Shown here piece by piece: positions 1 through 14,334 of a DNA stretch of 20,246 bases (its first letter is position 1; every line of letters starts with the position of its first letter). The DNA lies in assembly GCA_048213135.1 (NCBI GenBank), contig PS015041.1:83593-103838 (forward strand), in the 5' to 3' direction. The notes under the pieces were generated by a model. It ran no database searches, had not been told where the DNA came from, and was given only the letters and a program-made list of their open reading frames with translations. Source of the stretch: Reclinomonas americana ATCC 50394 (Eukaryota). Made by a program: the position numbers and the translations under genes.

Positions 1-55
1 CGAAAAAATGAGTGCGACGTGAGGGAAAAACTCTCGCCTGCGCGGCACGCCTCAC

Positions 56-2307
56 CCCAGCACACAAACTCCCAGTCAAACACCGACATGTGAAGCAGGC
101 CAGTGTCGTCGCGGTCCAGCAGAAAGTTGCCGTAGTGAATGTCGTTGTGCAATACGCCAAAGAGCTGCGAGAGGTGAGAAAGGGAGAATTACGGCTGGGC
201 GCAAGAGACCACCAGACCTTGGGTGTCACTGGCAAGCTGTCGACCCACGCCTTGCAGATCTCATACTCGCGCCACGCATGCTCATTCTCGCGCAAGCACG
301 GGTTGGCTGCCACTTTGTCGATGCCGCCCTGGGTGTCAGCCCAGACCGGGATGGGCAGCTGGTCTGCGGAGTGCGGAAATGTGCTGGAGTGTTCGTGGAT
401 CTGACCGACAGAGCAACCCCATACTGTGGAAGCACAGGGGGTGAGATGGCAAGGGGAGAGGGAAAAGGCAAGGGTGCAAGGAGGAGAAGAGGAGGGAAAG
501 AATGCAGGCAAAGTGATAAAAGGAAGGCATGGACATTGAGGGAGTAAGTACATTTGAAAAGAGAACAATGGATGGGATAGAGGAGGAGACGGCAAGGAGC
601 AGGTGGCGAGAGAAATCAAAAGGCATGAACAGAGAAGAAGCAGCAAAGACAAAACGGGAGAGACATAAAGAAACGGGTGGAATGCAGATGAGGGAGACGG
701 AGAGTTGGCAAGAATGGATGAATAGATAGGAAAGAAGCAGTCAGAGCAACGGAGGACGAGAGGCGGGGGAACCAATTAGACACGGATGACATGCAGGGTA
801 AAGAGTTGACAAAGAGAAAGAGGCAGGGATGAGCAGAGAGTGTAGACACGGATGACATGCAGTGTAAAGAATTGGCAAAGAGAAAGAGGCAGGGATGAGC
901 AGAGAGGGTAGACACGGATGACATGCACGGTAAAGAATTGGCAAAGAGAAAGAGGCAGGGGATGAGCAGAGAGGGAAGAAATGGCTGGCACAGGAAACAG
1001 CGAGAGAATGAAACGCGCGTGGTGTGCGCGTGAGCACGAAATCAACAAATAATTGTAGCCCGCTATTCCCACACATCCCCTTCTCCACAAACTCAACATC
1101 GAAAAGTCTCCCGATCCATGACCCAGAATCCACGCTGCACGCAGTGCTGTCCCGGCAGGAACAGCTCGTGATACACAAAGCACGTCAAGGGCACTGTACA
1201 GCACATGAGCACACGTACATCCCATCCCATCTCCAATCAACACCATGGCAGGTACGCAACGCGTGTCATCCTTTTCGATCTCCACCACCAGACACTCGGG
1301 ATCGTCAATGGTCGGCAACACACGACCGACACGCACCGGCGTGAGACGCTCCCCCTGCAAGCGCTCTCTCCCTCTCCTCGCCTCCTCGTCGTCGCCGGCG
1401 TACTCGCGCTGCACTCCACCTGCAATGTGATTCACCAGCATCGCCTGCGCCAGCACCAGCTCCTTCGTCAACTCCTTCTGTCCGTGCATGCTGCGGAGAG
1501 GTGTCACCGCGCGCACAAGCACCGTCGCACCGCCCACGTCACTGTCGGGGAGCAGGTGGTGTGAGAGAGGAGAAGGGAGGGGAAGGAGAGTGGGAGAGAG
1601 ACAGCAGACGCAACTCCCTCTGACGCGTCTTGTACACTGCATGCTCGTTGGAGAACTGAATCGCCGACCACGCATCGTCATTGTCGCACAGACCGAAGCG
1701 CCGAGTGGCCTCCGCACGCACTCGCTCGTGACGAACGCGGAAGCCTTCACCGACAACTCGCTGCGGAATAATGCAAGGGAGAGAGAGAGAGGGAGGATAA
1801 GGAAGGGAGTGAGAGAACATGGAGAGAGTGAAAGAGAGAGAGAGAAGAAGATGTAGCGAAGGAAGGACGATGACAGGTGAGTGAGAAGCGACAGAACAAG
1901 GTGAGGATGCGTGCTCTCCACAGCAGCAATACAGAGCACGTGAGCAAGAGAGGAGTGCCTGACTGCTGCTGTTGTCTCTTTGGAGCCTCTTCCCCATGAT
2001 GAATGCATGCGTGAAGAAGCAGTCTGTCTCTCTCAGAGCTCGGGTGGGAGTAGAATGATAGTTGCTGCTGTGGTCTCTGACAAGCCTCGTCCACGTGAAG
2101 GAATGTATGCATGCCAGTCTCTCGGTGAATGAGTGAGGGTGAAGAATGAGTGAGCAAGTGCGAGTGGAATGCATGACTGCAGTTCTCTCTGGGGAGGAAT
2201 GCATGCAGGGAAAAGCAGTCTGTCTCTGTGAGAGAACGTGAGAGATGAATGATGACTGCCGCTGTAGTCTCTGAGAAGCCTCAGTCTCTCTCGGTGATTC
2301 AGTGAGT

Positions 2308-2344
<37 letters not shown>

Positions 2345-2628
2345 TGAATGCATGACTGCAGTTCTCTCTGGGGAGGAATGCATGCATTGAGATGCTGTGT
2401 GTGTGTGTGTGTGCATGTGTGCGTGTTGCCTTTGCTCTCCCTTCTCCTCCTTCTCCCTCCCTCCCTCTCCTCAACATTCTTCTCCACCGCCTCCTCCACC
2501 CTCGCCATCAACACACTCAGTGGCATCGCCTCCGGAGTCGCACTGACATCCACCGCCTGCACGCGGATCGTCGGCCACTCACTCTCACCACCCGCAAGAG
2601 TCGATGCAACCTCCGCCCCAAAATCCAT
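56..2628 (-). CDS. APH/choline-kinase-fold phosphotransferase (type II homoserine kinase/aminoglycoside phosphotransferase-like), 3' end outside window
   Basis: Frame-consistent exons 2628-2476, 1760-1615, 1541-1261, 1193-1098, 423-218, 164-56 (~330 codons). Translation contains ...ETFRLWGCSVGQIHEH..., a Brenner-type motif GVLHNDIHYGNFL and MSVFDWEFVCW, which are diagnostic of the APH/ChoK family. Substrate cannot be determined. Confidence 0.8.
779..975. repeat. Intronic tandem repeat, 66-nt unit x ~3
   Basis: GACACGGATGACATGCA...AAAGAGAAAGAGGCAGGG...ATGAGCAGAGAG recurs starting at 779, 845 and 911, inside intron 424-1097. Confidence 0.9.
2000..2415. repeat. Intronic degenerate duplications plus (GA)n/(GT)n microsatellites
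   Basis: GAATGCATGACTGCAGTTCTCTCTGGGGAGGAATGCATGCA occurs at ~2167 and ~2346. GCAGTCTGTCTCT and CAGTCTCTC...GGTGA motifs also repeat. Lies in intron 1761-2475. Confidence 0.75.
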
Positions 2629-2686
2629 CACAATAGATGAGAGAGACAGAGCTCGCGATATCTGTGAGTGAGTGGTGTGTGAGAGA
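2629..2686. promoter_or_regulatory. Putative bidirectional promoter (58 nt between divergent ATGs)
   Basis: Inferred starts at 2628 (-) and 2687 (+). Confidence 0.5.
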
Positions 2687-5033
<2,347 letters not shown>

Positions 5034-5119
5034 GACAAATGAATGCTGCAAACTTGGTGCCCGCGGCTTGTCCATATAATTGTTTCATTCGTGTTCCTTC
5101 TCTCTTTTTCTTTCCCTTC

Positions 5120-8100
5120 TCAAACATCTAGCCACTTGATTTCACCAACCAGTGCGTACCGTGTCGGTAGTGGATCAGGACTCGGCGACAGCAATGTGAT
5201 TTGTCGCTTGTCGGGTTTGACGGACTGCACGTGCACAAAGCTGGCCACATTCGCCGAGACCACATCCTCTGCGGTCTCGGCGTGCACCACAGCCAGGATG
5301 CAGTCGTTGAGTGCCTCAGTCAATGGCACTTCTTGCTGCACGGCGGACTTGTGATGAGAGACGAGAAGGAGAAAGGAGTGAGAAAAAGCTGGTAACTCAC
5401 CAACTTGAACGGGTCGAATACTGAGCGTGCACCGACTGGTAGGACGTCCCGTGGAGCGCGCGGGTCGCCACCGATGCGGAACACGGAGAGGCTGTCGAAG
5501 CTGACTGTGGTGCTGTGCGGTGACAGCTCGCGACTGAAGCCTACAGCGAACGAAAGATGAGAAAGTGGAAGAGGACAGAGAAGCGGAGGAACACCAACTC
5601 AGCATGCATGATTGCCTGTATTTTCACTCACACCATCATCTATGCTCACTTCTTACTCAGATTAGACTGCCTCATTAATATCTCTTCAACTCTTAAAACA
5701 GTCAATGTGCACTTCATCTTCCCGGGCCGCAACAGCCGCACCTCTCCATCTCTTCGCACTCATCAATCACCTGCGAGAGCAGTACTTCCTCATTTGCTCG
5801 CTGTGCTTCTCGATCTCCACAACTTGCAGCCTCAGTCTCTCCTGACTGCGGTCAACCCATTCTCACGCTCGCGCTTCCGGATCTCTCTGTGATCCCATAG
5901 TTTCCAATCACCTGCGAGAGTAGATCTTCCCCCGTTTGCTCACTTCGCTTCTCTATCATCTCTGGTCGCATCTCCACTCTGTCTCTCCTGACTGCGGTCG
6001 ACTCATTCTCCCACTCGCACTTCCGGATCTCTCCTTGCTCCCCACAGTTTCCAATCATCTACGAGAGTAGATCTTCTCACGTCGCTTTTCTATCTTTTCT
6101 ACTTGCATCTCCACTCTGTCTCTCCTGACTGCGGTCAACTCATTCTCCCACTCGCGCTTCCGGATCTCTCCATGCTTCCCACAATTTCCAATTATCTCCG
6201 AGAGCAGATATTCCCCCATTTCCTTGCTGTGCTTCTCTATCACCCTTGCTCGCATCTCCACTCTGTCTCTCCTGACTGTGGTCAACTCAGTCTCCCACTC
6301 GCCCTTCTGGCTCTCTCTGTGTTCACCACAATTATCTATGAGACCAGTGCTTCCCCCATCTCTGCATCCTTCCTTGGCCTCACATCCTCACCATAAAAAT
6401 ACCGCGCAAATCGCGCATCACGTGACTGCGAGCGCTGCGCCGGCGGCCGCGGCACCACACCACCCGACCGATCCAACTTGCGCACGGCGACGGTTTCACT
6501 CAATCCGCCACGCTCGTAGTGGTTGCACAGATTGGAGTACAGGCGATCGTCGCCGACGACCAGCACCACATCGACTTGCAGCGCCATCAGGTGATGCACA
6601 ATCAAGGCGAATCCCTGATTCTCCACCCACCCGCACGTGTTGATGATCATGCCGCCGCTTTTCACTGCAATGCGGCAATAAGTTGTGTGCACGCGCCAAA
6701 GATTTCCGTGAAAGAGAAACGCAACGTCGCGGTGACAAGGCACATTTTTCCACACAATGCTGCGCCAGCAACTCGACCTGCTTGCGGAACAGTTCTTGTC
6801 GCTCACCCGGCGACGTGGCCGCATGATAGAAGGCCAGCGGAGGCGCCCGCACCTCTTCTCCGACAATCGCAAAACACTGATCCATCGCCACCGCTGCCAC
6901 CGCCCCCGGCACCGTGATCTGATTCTGCCCAATGTCGAGGTCCACATACAGCACCTTGTGGCCGGATCGCACGGCGTAGCCGGTGAGAATGCGGCAAATG
7001 GTCGACTTGCCGACGTCCACCGGGCCGACAATGGCCACCTACGATGCAGGGGTGAGACAGAGGAGGAGAAGGGGCGGTTGTGAAAACGCAACTCTGGGTC
7101 CATCAGCGCCACTCATCCGCGCCGCCTCGCGCAGGTCCTCCAGTGCGGCGTGTGCATACATGTAGGATGGCATGGGCGTCTCCTCTGCTACGTACGCTGA
7201 CGAGTACACACCGCTGATCTGCAAGAGGGGGTGAGAAGGGGAAGGGGTGGAAGGGGAGGGGGTGGAAGGGGAAGGAAGGAAGGGGAAGGGGTGGACGGGG
7301 AAAGTGAGGAAGAAGGGCGTTTGCTGAGAGGGACAAGAGTGAGAGGAGAGGAAGAGGAGGAGGTGAAGGAGGAAGTGGGCAGAGGAAGCAGAGGAAGAGG
7401 AACAGAAGAAGTGAGGAAGAGGGACGTCGGTTGGGTGGCAGAGAAGGAGGAGGAGGAGGAGGAAAAGAGAAGGAAAAAGAAAAGGACGAGTGGTGGAAGA
7501 GCACAAGGAGGAAGAGAAAGAGAAGGAGAAGGACAACGCGGGTGGTGAAGCAGGAGGACGAGGAGGAGAATAAGGAGAAGAACAAGGTGGTGGCAATGGT
7601 TGAGGAGGAAAATGAAGAGGCAGAAGAGACAAGTGACGACAGCATATGCGAAAACCAAAGATGACTTGCAAAGGCCAGGCGAGACAAGTGAAGTAGAGGT
7701 CTCTCTCGTCTTCTCCCTTTCCCTCTCGTTCCCTCTCTCATCTTCTCCCTTTCCCTCTCCCTCATCCCTTCCCCCTCAGTCACCCACCTGCAAATTACAA
7801 CCTGTCCACGTGTACACCGCCCGCGATCCAGCATGCACCTCGTACGCATTCCCAGTGGTCAGCTCGGTGCCAAACATCTCCGCAGTGCCCGACAACAACT
7901 GCAGACACGAGCGCAAGTGAGAGAAGAGAGGGAACGAAGAGAGGGAACGAAGAAAGAAGATGAAGAAGAACAAGAACAAGAAAAGAGCAAGGGAAGGAGG
8001 GGAGGACGAGGAGGACGAGGAAGAAGAAGTACAAGAAGTACAAGAAGAAGAAGAAAGAAAAAGGAAAAGAAGAAGACGAAGACGAAGAAGAAGAAGAAGA

Positions 8101-8649
8101 GAGAAGAAGAAGAAGAAGAAGAAGAAGGAGGAGGAGGAGGAGGAGGAGAAGAGCGAGAAGAAGAACAAGGAGGAGGTAGAGGGGGAGGAGGAAGGGAAGA
8201 AGATGAAGGAGAAGAAGAAGAAGAACAAGAAGAAGAAAGGTAAGAGAGACAATGTGTATGAGTTGCAGAGAGCAGCACTGAGTGACAGCCACAGAGAGAG
8301 AGAGAAAGTGAGAAGAGAGAGAGAGAGAGAGAGTGAGAAGAGAAAGAGAGTAAGTGACAGACTCTTTGCAAGTGAGAAGAACACTGCAAGAGAGAGAGAG
8401 AGAGAGAGAGACTGAAGGAGAGACTGAGAGTAACACAAAGAGCCTGAGTGCTTTGTGCGTGCATGTGCATGTGTGAGAGAGTATGTGTGTGTAAAGATCA
8501 CAGTGAAAGTGGACCTTGATTGTCGCCGACTTGCCACTGGCCACCTCCACTCTCAACTCGTGATTCGCCTTGAGTTTGTAGTCAGTGGGACCCTCGGGCA
8601 TTGCACTGTGCATTCCACTGCCACTGCCACCAAAACCATCGACCTCCAT
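5120..8649 (-). CDS. CLP1: Clp1 polyribonucleotide 5'-hydroxyl kinase / mRNA cleavage factor subunit (~437 aa)
   Basis: Exons 8649-8515, 7898-7788, 7218-7093, 7038-6726, 6664-6392, 5540-5401, 5335-5120 (alternative ATG at 8655). Motifs: ELRVEV..LLSGTAEMFGTEL, YVAEETPMPSY, GPRVAIVGPVDVGKST (Walker A), YVDLDIGQ, IINTCGW, SGGVVPR..YFYG, ITLLSPSP..LP. Confidence 0.95.
5764..6350. repeat. Intronic tandem repeat, ~140-nt unit x ~4
   Basis: CAAT(C/T)A(C/T)CT..GAGA starts at ~5764, 5905, 6052, 6189 and 6329. TCTCTCCTGACTG(C/T)GGTC(A/G)AC recurs in each full unit. Lies in Clp1 intron 5541-6391. Confidence 0.9.
7219..8514. repeat. Low-complexity purine-rich (+ strand) microsatellite-filled Clp1 introns (7219-7787, 7899-8514)
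   Basis: (GAA)n, (GAG)n and (GA)n tracts on either side of the 111-nt exon 7788-7898. Confidence 0.85.
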
Positions 8650-8730
8650 TTGCATTCTCCAATCACAGACAAGGACTGAGAGGACAACTGCGAGGACGAT
8701 TTTGCTTTGCCATTCACTTCCATGTGTATT

Positions 8731-11700
8731 TCACTCGCGAATGAGGAACACATCTCGCATCTCGAGGAAGAGCGCGTAATTGAAAAGTTCGTGCCCGTTC
8801 TCGTGCACGGGCGGCACTTTGGTGAGCAGCAGATCGACGACGTCTTCGGGGAGTGCGTGGCGAAGTTCGTCGAGTGGGATGACACCCTGTGAGGCAACGT
8901 AAGCAGCAGAACACAGAGCCCTTCGCAGCTTCTCTGTCCGATCGCAACTCTTCCACAGGCCAGCGCCTCAAAGGCATCTTGCATCTCCTCGACTGTTACC
9001 GTGCGTTGCAGGTCGCTGACAAACCACATGACGAATTGCTCAAACGAGACGCCTTCGCCGTCGGGTGACAGTGTCTCGTACAGCTCGTGGCCCCGGTCCT
9101 GCATGCACACACATGAGGGAAAGCAGAGAGCAGAGGAGGTGTTCAACGCACGCAACGTAGCCCACAGCCAGGCAGCATTCGACAAACTCGCTCTGGTTGA
9201 GCACGCCGTGGTGCTGCCGATCGAACATGTCAAAGGTGGATTTGATGTGCAGCAGGTCGTCTTGCGTGATGCCGCACTCGCGGTTGAGGATCTGCGAGGC
9301 GGTGTAAGGGGAGAAGGTGAATGAGGCTCGTTTGTGGTCTCCATCACGCACCTGCTCCTGCACAAGGTGGTCCTGCTTGCGCAGCAAAAAGTCCTTCAGG
9401 CTCTCCCACTCGACACGGATTTCCTGTGCGTCGTCGATGTGAGTGACGGGCCTTGCTATGCACAGACAGACAGACAGACACAGCGCGCACCTTTGATGAG
9501 ACATACTTGCCGAGGTCGCTGCGTGACAGCAAGCTCTCCAGCTCCACCAGCGTCTCGCACCACCCGTCGCCCTTGATCAGTTGTTGCTGCGAAACCAACA
9601 ACAAAAGTGAGTTTGACTGCGTTCCCGCTATGGCAGATAACAAACTTCAAGGACGCACGCGAATGGGTGACGACAGGTCCACTTCCTGCTCGCGCAGTTG
9701 GTCGCACCACGAGCGGAACTCGGCCACCTCCTGGTTGTACGTGGCCAGTGCGCCAAGTGAGTCTGCACACAATCACAAGTAAGAACACCAAAAGAATATC
9801 AGCTCATTACTGCACGCGACCCACCGCCATTCTCCGCCATCCATCTGGCAATCTCGGCGGTGCGCGCCTCGACAAATTTGACCACGGCCTGCCATCTCGA
9901 CAGCAAGTCCTCGATGCTCAGGCGTGAGAACGGGTTGCCCTGAATGCCGGCGGCGTCCAGTGATCGTTGCAGCTCCAGCAGACTGTCCAGCACGGCACGA
10001 TGGCCCTCCACATCGGCCACCATTTTTCGGTGCGCATCCTCAATCGTCTGCGGCAGAGCCCGTTAGAATGCAGCGAGGACCTTTAGGGAACGCACAAGAA
10101 GAAAAAAACGCACCACGGCACTCTCGGCACTAATTTCAATTTGTACAGCCAGTTCGTTCTCCGTGTCGCGCAGCCACAGGTGCAGCTCCTGCGCGTGATG
10201 AGAGTGAATCGATCAATCACACGAACACACAGAGAGTGCAGTGTCTACTCCAAACCTCGGCACTCAGGGCGTAATCGGCACACTTGTGCTCCACTTCGCG
10301 CATTTTCTCTGTGAAATCCTGCAGCTCGGCCTTGCGCACCGGAAGTATCCGTCGGAACGCCTCCCACGACTCGGCCAGGCTCTGCGCGACTGCACGTGTC
10401 AGCAACTGCTGACGGGCGATAGAAAAGACACGGAGACCGCGACGTGCCAATAATTGTGCAGTAATCTCCACATTCTGCGTCAGCTCAATCAGCTCATCGC
10501 CCGTCGATCGCAGATTCTCGTATCGGCGCTCCATGAACTGCAGCTCGTTCTGCAGCACGTCGAGCTGACGCGATTGCGACAGCAGGCTGCGATAGGTGGT
10601 GTCGTCGCCGGACATGGTGCTCAGCTGTGCGAGCGGCGAGTGTGAGCAAGCGGAAGGGACGCAAAGAAAGAGGAGTACACACACCAGCGCCATCTTGCTG
10701 CTCAGCCACTCGGCCAAGTGGGATCGGCGCACTTCGAACAGCTGGAGCAGCAGTTCGGCCAGCTTGTCTCTGTCGGTGCGTCACTGTCAGCAGGCTGCGA
10801 GAGAGCACGAAGGAGGGAAGAAATTTGCGCAACTGATGCATCTTGTCGACCAAGAACTGCTCAAATGAATTCTCCATGTTCTCCAACTCGTGCCACATGC
10901 GGTCGAGGCTCTGTGCACACCCAGTTGTTGGCCACAGAAGAGACGCATCAGGCGGTTGACAGGAAGGAGGACTTACTTGGATGTCAAGACCGTCGGGAGC
11001 GCGGAACGGACGACTCTTTTCCAGATTCTGCTTCAAAATGAGGTTGCTGTACATGCACTCGAGTTGCAGCAGTTCGGCAAGGTACTGCGGCTTGGCTCGT
11101 CGATGCTCGAGGAAGCTTTCAAAATCACTCTGCTTGCGCGGTGAGCATGTGTTGGGGGCGGAGAATAAAGCACACACGCACACGCAACTTCAGTGGGCGA
11201 CTCAATGTTCAGCGATTCGCTGATGAATGCTCGTTGTGAGCGGATCCAGTCGGCGAGCTGTGGGGGAGGGGAAGGGGAAGGGACAAGAGGGGAAGGGTGA
11301 AACACAGAAAAAGGAATTGAAGAAAAGGATGCAGAGGGGTGTGCAGAGGCAGCGCGGAAAGACGGATCAAGACAAGCTGCGGAGACAAGGGAGAGCGAGT
11401 GAAACGGATTGAAGAGAGCGCCGAGAGGTGCACAGGGGCAGAGCGAGAACAAACGTGGCGAGATGACAGAAACTCAGAAAGGCAGCTTAGAGCAAGCTGG
11501 TGAGACTGGGGAGGGAGAGGAAAGGGATTGAAGGGAGTGCCGAGAGACGCACAGGGGCGCTGACAGCAAACTCAGAAACGCAGACCAGAGCAACCTGGAA
11601 AGACTGGAGAGAGAGAGAGAGGAAAGGGATTGAAGGGAGCGCCGAGAGAAGCACAGTACAGTGCAAGAATTGTGCGATAACAACAAACTCAGTAAAAGGC

Positions 11701-14078
11701 AGATCAGAGCAAGCTAGCGAGACTACGGAGAGAGAGAAAGGGATTGAAGGGAGCGCCGAGAGGTGCACAGGGGCAGTGTGAGAACAAATGCGCTGCGATA
11801 ACAACAAACTCAGGAAAGGCAGATCAGAGCAAGCTTGTAAGGCGTAAGAGAGAGAGAGAGAGGAGGGCGAGAGGCAAAAAGAGAGAGAGAGTTGTGAAAG
11901 AGTCATTCCATGTCACTGCAGTCTCCTCCGTATGCTTGTTCATGAAACGCACCTTCTGCGCGCGACCAACGTAATCGCGTTCCACCTCGGCATTCTTTTG
12001 CAGGTTTTGCAGGGCACGTGAGACGCGCTTGGCAGCCAGCTCGGTCTGGCGGGGGCATGTGAGTACAGCCGCTGGGAAGGCGACGACACATGCACGACAC
12101 AACGACACCTTTTGTTCTTGCGAGAAAATGCGCCAAAAGTTGGACAGGTAGGTGACCACACTGCGACACGCGATCGACTCAGTGATCCGCCGACGACAAC
12201 TGCCTGCAGAGAGAACTCACCTCTTCTCGTCGGGCATCGAGGAGATCATATCTTGCGCGTCGAGCAAGCGCGGAATAGACAACTCACGGTCCGCCGTCTC
12301 GAACGCCAGCGTCAAGTTGGCCTCGGCGTCAATCTGCAACAATCAAGTGAGTGTGCTTGGACAGCCGAACCCAACCATCACCGAGTGCCAACAAACCGGG
12401 TCGAGACGATCAAAGTTGAGCAGATGCGGCCGGAAGCGGTGAATGAGCGCGCAGAATGCCAGGCCGTCGCGCCAGCTCGAGGTGAAGTTCTCGACCTTGA
12501 CGCGTGGATAGTCGGCCGTCATGCGCTGCGTCCACAGCAGCAGGCCGTCTTTCGCCGATTTGTCTGCCCGGCGCACAAGCAATCTCAATGAACGAGTGAC
12601 TTGAGAAGGGTGTGCGTGTGCGCAACACGCACGCACCTTCAATGGAAATGTCGGCCAGCGAGTACTTGTGAATGATGACCCAGATGAGGCCGAGAACTTT
12701 CTTCAAGTTGCGATCGGTGATGGTGTCGGTGCCGAAGGAGATTTTGATCCCCGCCTGTAAAAATAAAGGAGTGAGGGCGGGGAGGGGGGAGAGGGAAGAG
12801 GGAGAATGTTGGAAACCGACCTCGTCGACGAAGCGATTGATAAAGTCGAGGGCCATGGCGATGTTGTTGATGCGCTGGGTGAAGGGGATGGGTAGTGAGA
12901 TGAGAAGGGAAAGGGGGGATTGAAGGGAAGAGAGCAAAGGAGAACAAGGGTGAAAGAAGCAGAAGCTAGAACAAAGAGGCAGAGTCGTCGCTTTGGCGAG
13001 CACTCCTCTACAAACGTGTGAGAAAGGGAACATACAAAGAGAGAGAGAGAGAGAGTTGAAGACGGAAGAGTCGTCGCTTAATCGAGCAGCCTTCAGCAAG
13101 GGTGTGTAAAGGAGGACAGAGAGAAGGGGGGAGGAGACACAGAGTCGTCGTTGTCTCGTCGAGTACTCAGCCGAGGTGTGGAGCGTCAAAGAGAAAGGTG
13201 ACGAAGTGAGCAGAGGAGTCGTCGCTCTCAGCAATCAATGATAAGGGAAACAAATACACACACACACAGAAAGAGAGAGAGAGAGAGAGGAGGAGGAGGA
13301 GGAGGAGGAGGAGGAGGAGGAGGAGGAGGAGGAGGAGGAGGAGGAGGAGGAGGGGAGGAGGAGGAGCAAGAGGAGGAGAGCAACGCAGTGAAGTCACTGC
13401 CACGCTGAGCTTTTGTCAGCAAAGGCGTTACAAGGAAGAGAACGCAGAGACAGAGTTGAACGGTGGTCGCCACCAGTCCTCTCAGACGAAGTTGTCATCC
13501 TCACTCTCCCTTCCACCATCCCTTCCCCTCCTCCTCCTCCTTCTCCATCGACTCACATGAATGGCAAACTTCGGCTGCGCCTGGTACTTGCCGAGCGACG
13601 TTCCCGAGATGATCTCAATCAACTGAATCAGCTTGACCCCATCCTCAAAGTCGGTGGTGAGATCCTCCACGCGCAACACCTCACTGGACGACCCCGAAGC
13701 GCTTGGTCGTCGCGACAGGTGCATGTTTACCCAGTTGCGAAAGGTCTTGCTCTGCTGTGCGAGTTGTGCCTCGCCGGCAGCGGCGGCGCCTGAGAGGGAG
13801 AGGGAGAAGGAGGAATGAGAGAGAGGAGGAGGAGGAGGAGGAGGAGGAGGAGGAGGAGGAGGAGGAGGAGAGAGAGAGAGAGAGACGGCGAGGAGTGAGG
13901 GAAGACNNNNNNNNNNNNNNNNNNNNAGGCGCACAAAGACAGCGAATGGATCCCCTGACAGCAGATCTCTCTCTTTCTCTCTCACACACACACGCATACT
14001 TTGAGAGGGAGTGAGCATCGATCGTCAGAGTGCTTCTCACACTCACTCACTCACACACGACAAGAGTCACTGAGTAGT

Positions 14079-14116
<38 letters not shown>

Positions 14117-14252
14117 TCACACTTTCAGTCTCTCTCTCTCACACACACACAGAGATCGCTCTTTCTGCACGTTTCTTGTGCAATCAAGTGTGTGTGTATG
14201 TGAGCACGCAACTGCGCAGAGACGAGTCAGCTGAGGTCGGCGTGTCGCCCAT
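8731..14252 (-). CDS. Alpha-actinin (2 CH domains, spectrin-repeat rod, C-terminal EF-hand region; ~859 aa)
   Basis: 22 frame-consistent exons: 14252-14213, 13789-13557, 12874-12821, 12754-12637, 12563-12397, 12333-12221, 12160-12109, 12045-11953, 11257-11189, 11129-10977, 10910-10834, 10769-10685, 10624-10448, 10381-10256, 10188-10114, 10047-9825, 9762-9659, 9586-9507, 9451-9352, 9291-9157, 9098-8949, 8886-8731. CH1 ([36 protein letters not shown]), CH2 ([39 protein letters not shown]), EF-like [17 protein letters not shown], terminal [16 protein letters not shown]. Confidence 0.9.
11400..11845. repeat. Intronic degenerate tandem repeat, ~105-115-nt unit x ~4
   Basis: GGATTGAAG(G/A)GAG(C/T)GCCGAGAG at ~11407, 11525, 11627, 11741 and AAACTCAG..AGAGCAA recur within intron 11258-11952. 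Confidence 0.85.
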
Positions 14253-14334
14253 TGTGAGTGAGTGTGAGTGAGCAAATTGCAGAACGAAATTGCGTGGCTC
14301 TTTACCGCGCTTTTCTTGCGTTTCTCTGCTGTGA
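14253..14334. promoter_or_regulatory. Putative bidirectional promoter (82 nt between divergent ATGs)
   Basis: Inferred starts at 14252 (-) and 14335 (+). Confidence 0.5.

Noticed and set aside
779-975. CRISPR-like appearance of regular repeats (also 5764-6350, 11400-11845)
   Set aside because: Whole units are repeated with no unique spacers, there are no cas genes, and the context is eukaryotic and intronic.
7039-8537. Overlapping long Ser/Phe/Leu- or Lys/Glu-rich ORFs on both strands
   Set aside because: Stop-poor low-complexity Clp1 introns; only the short embedded exons are coding.
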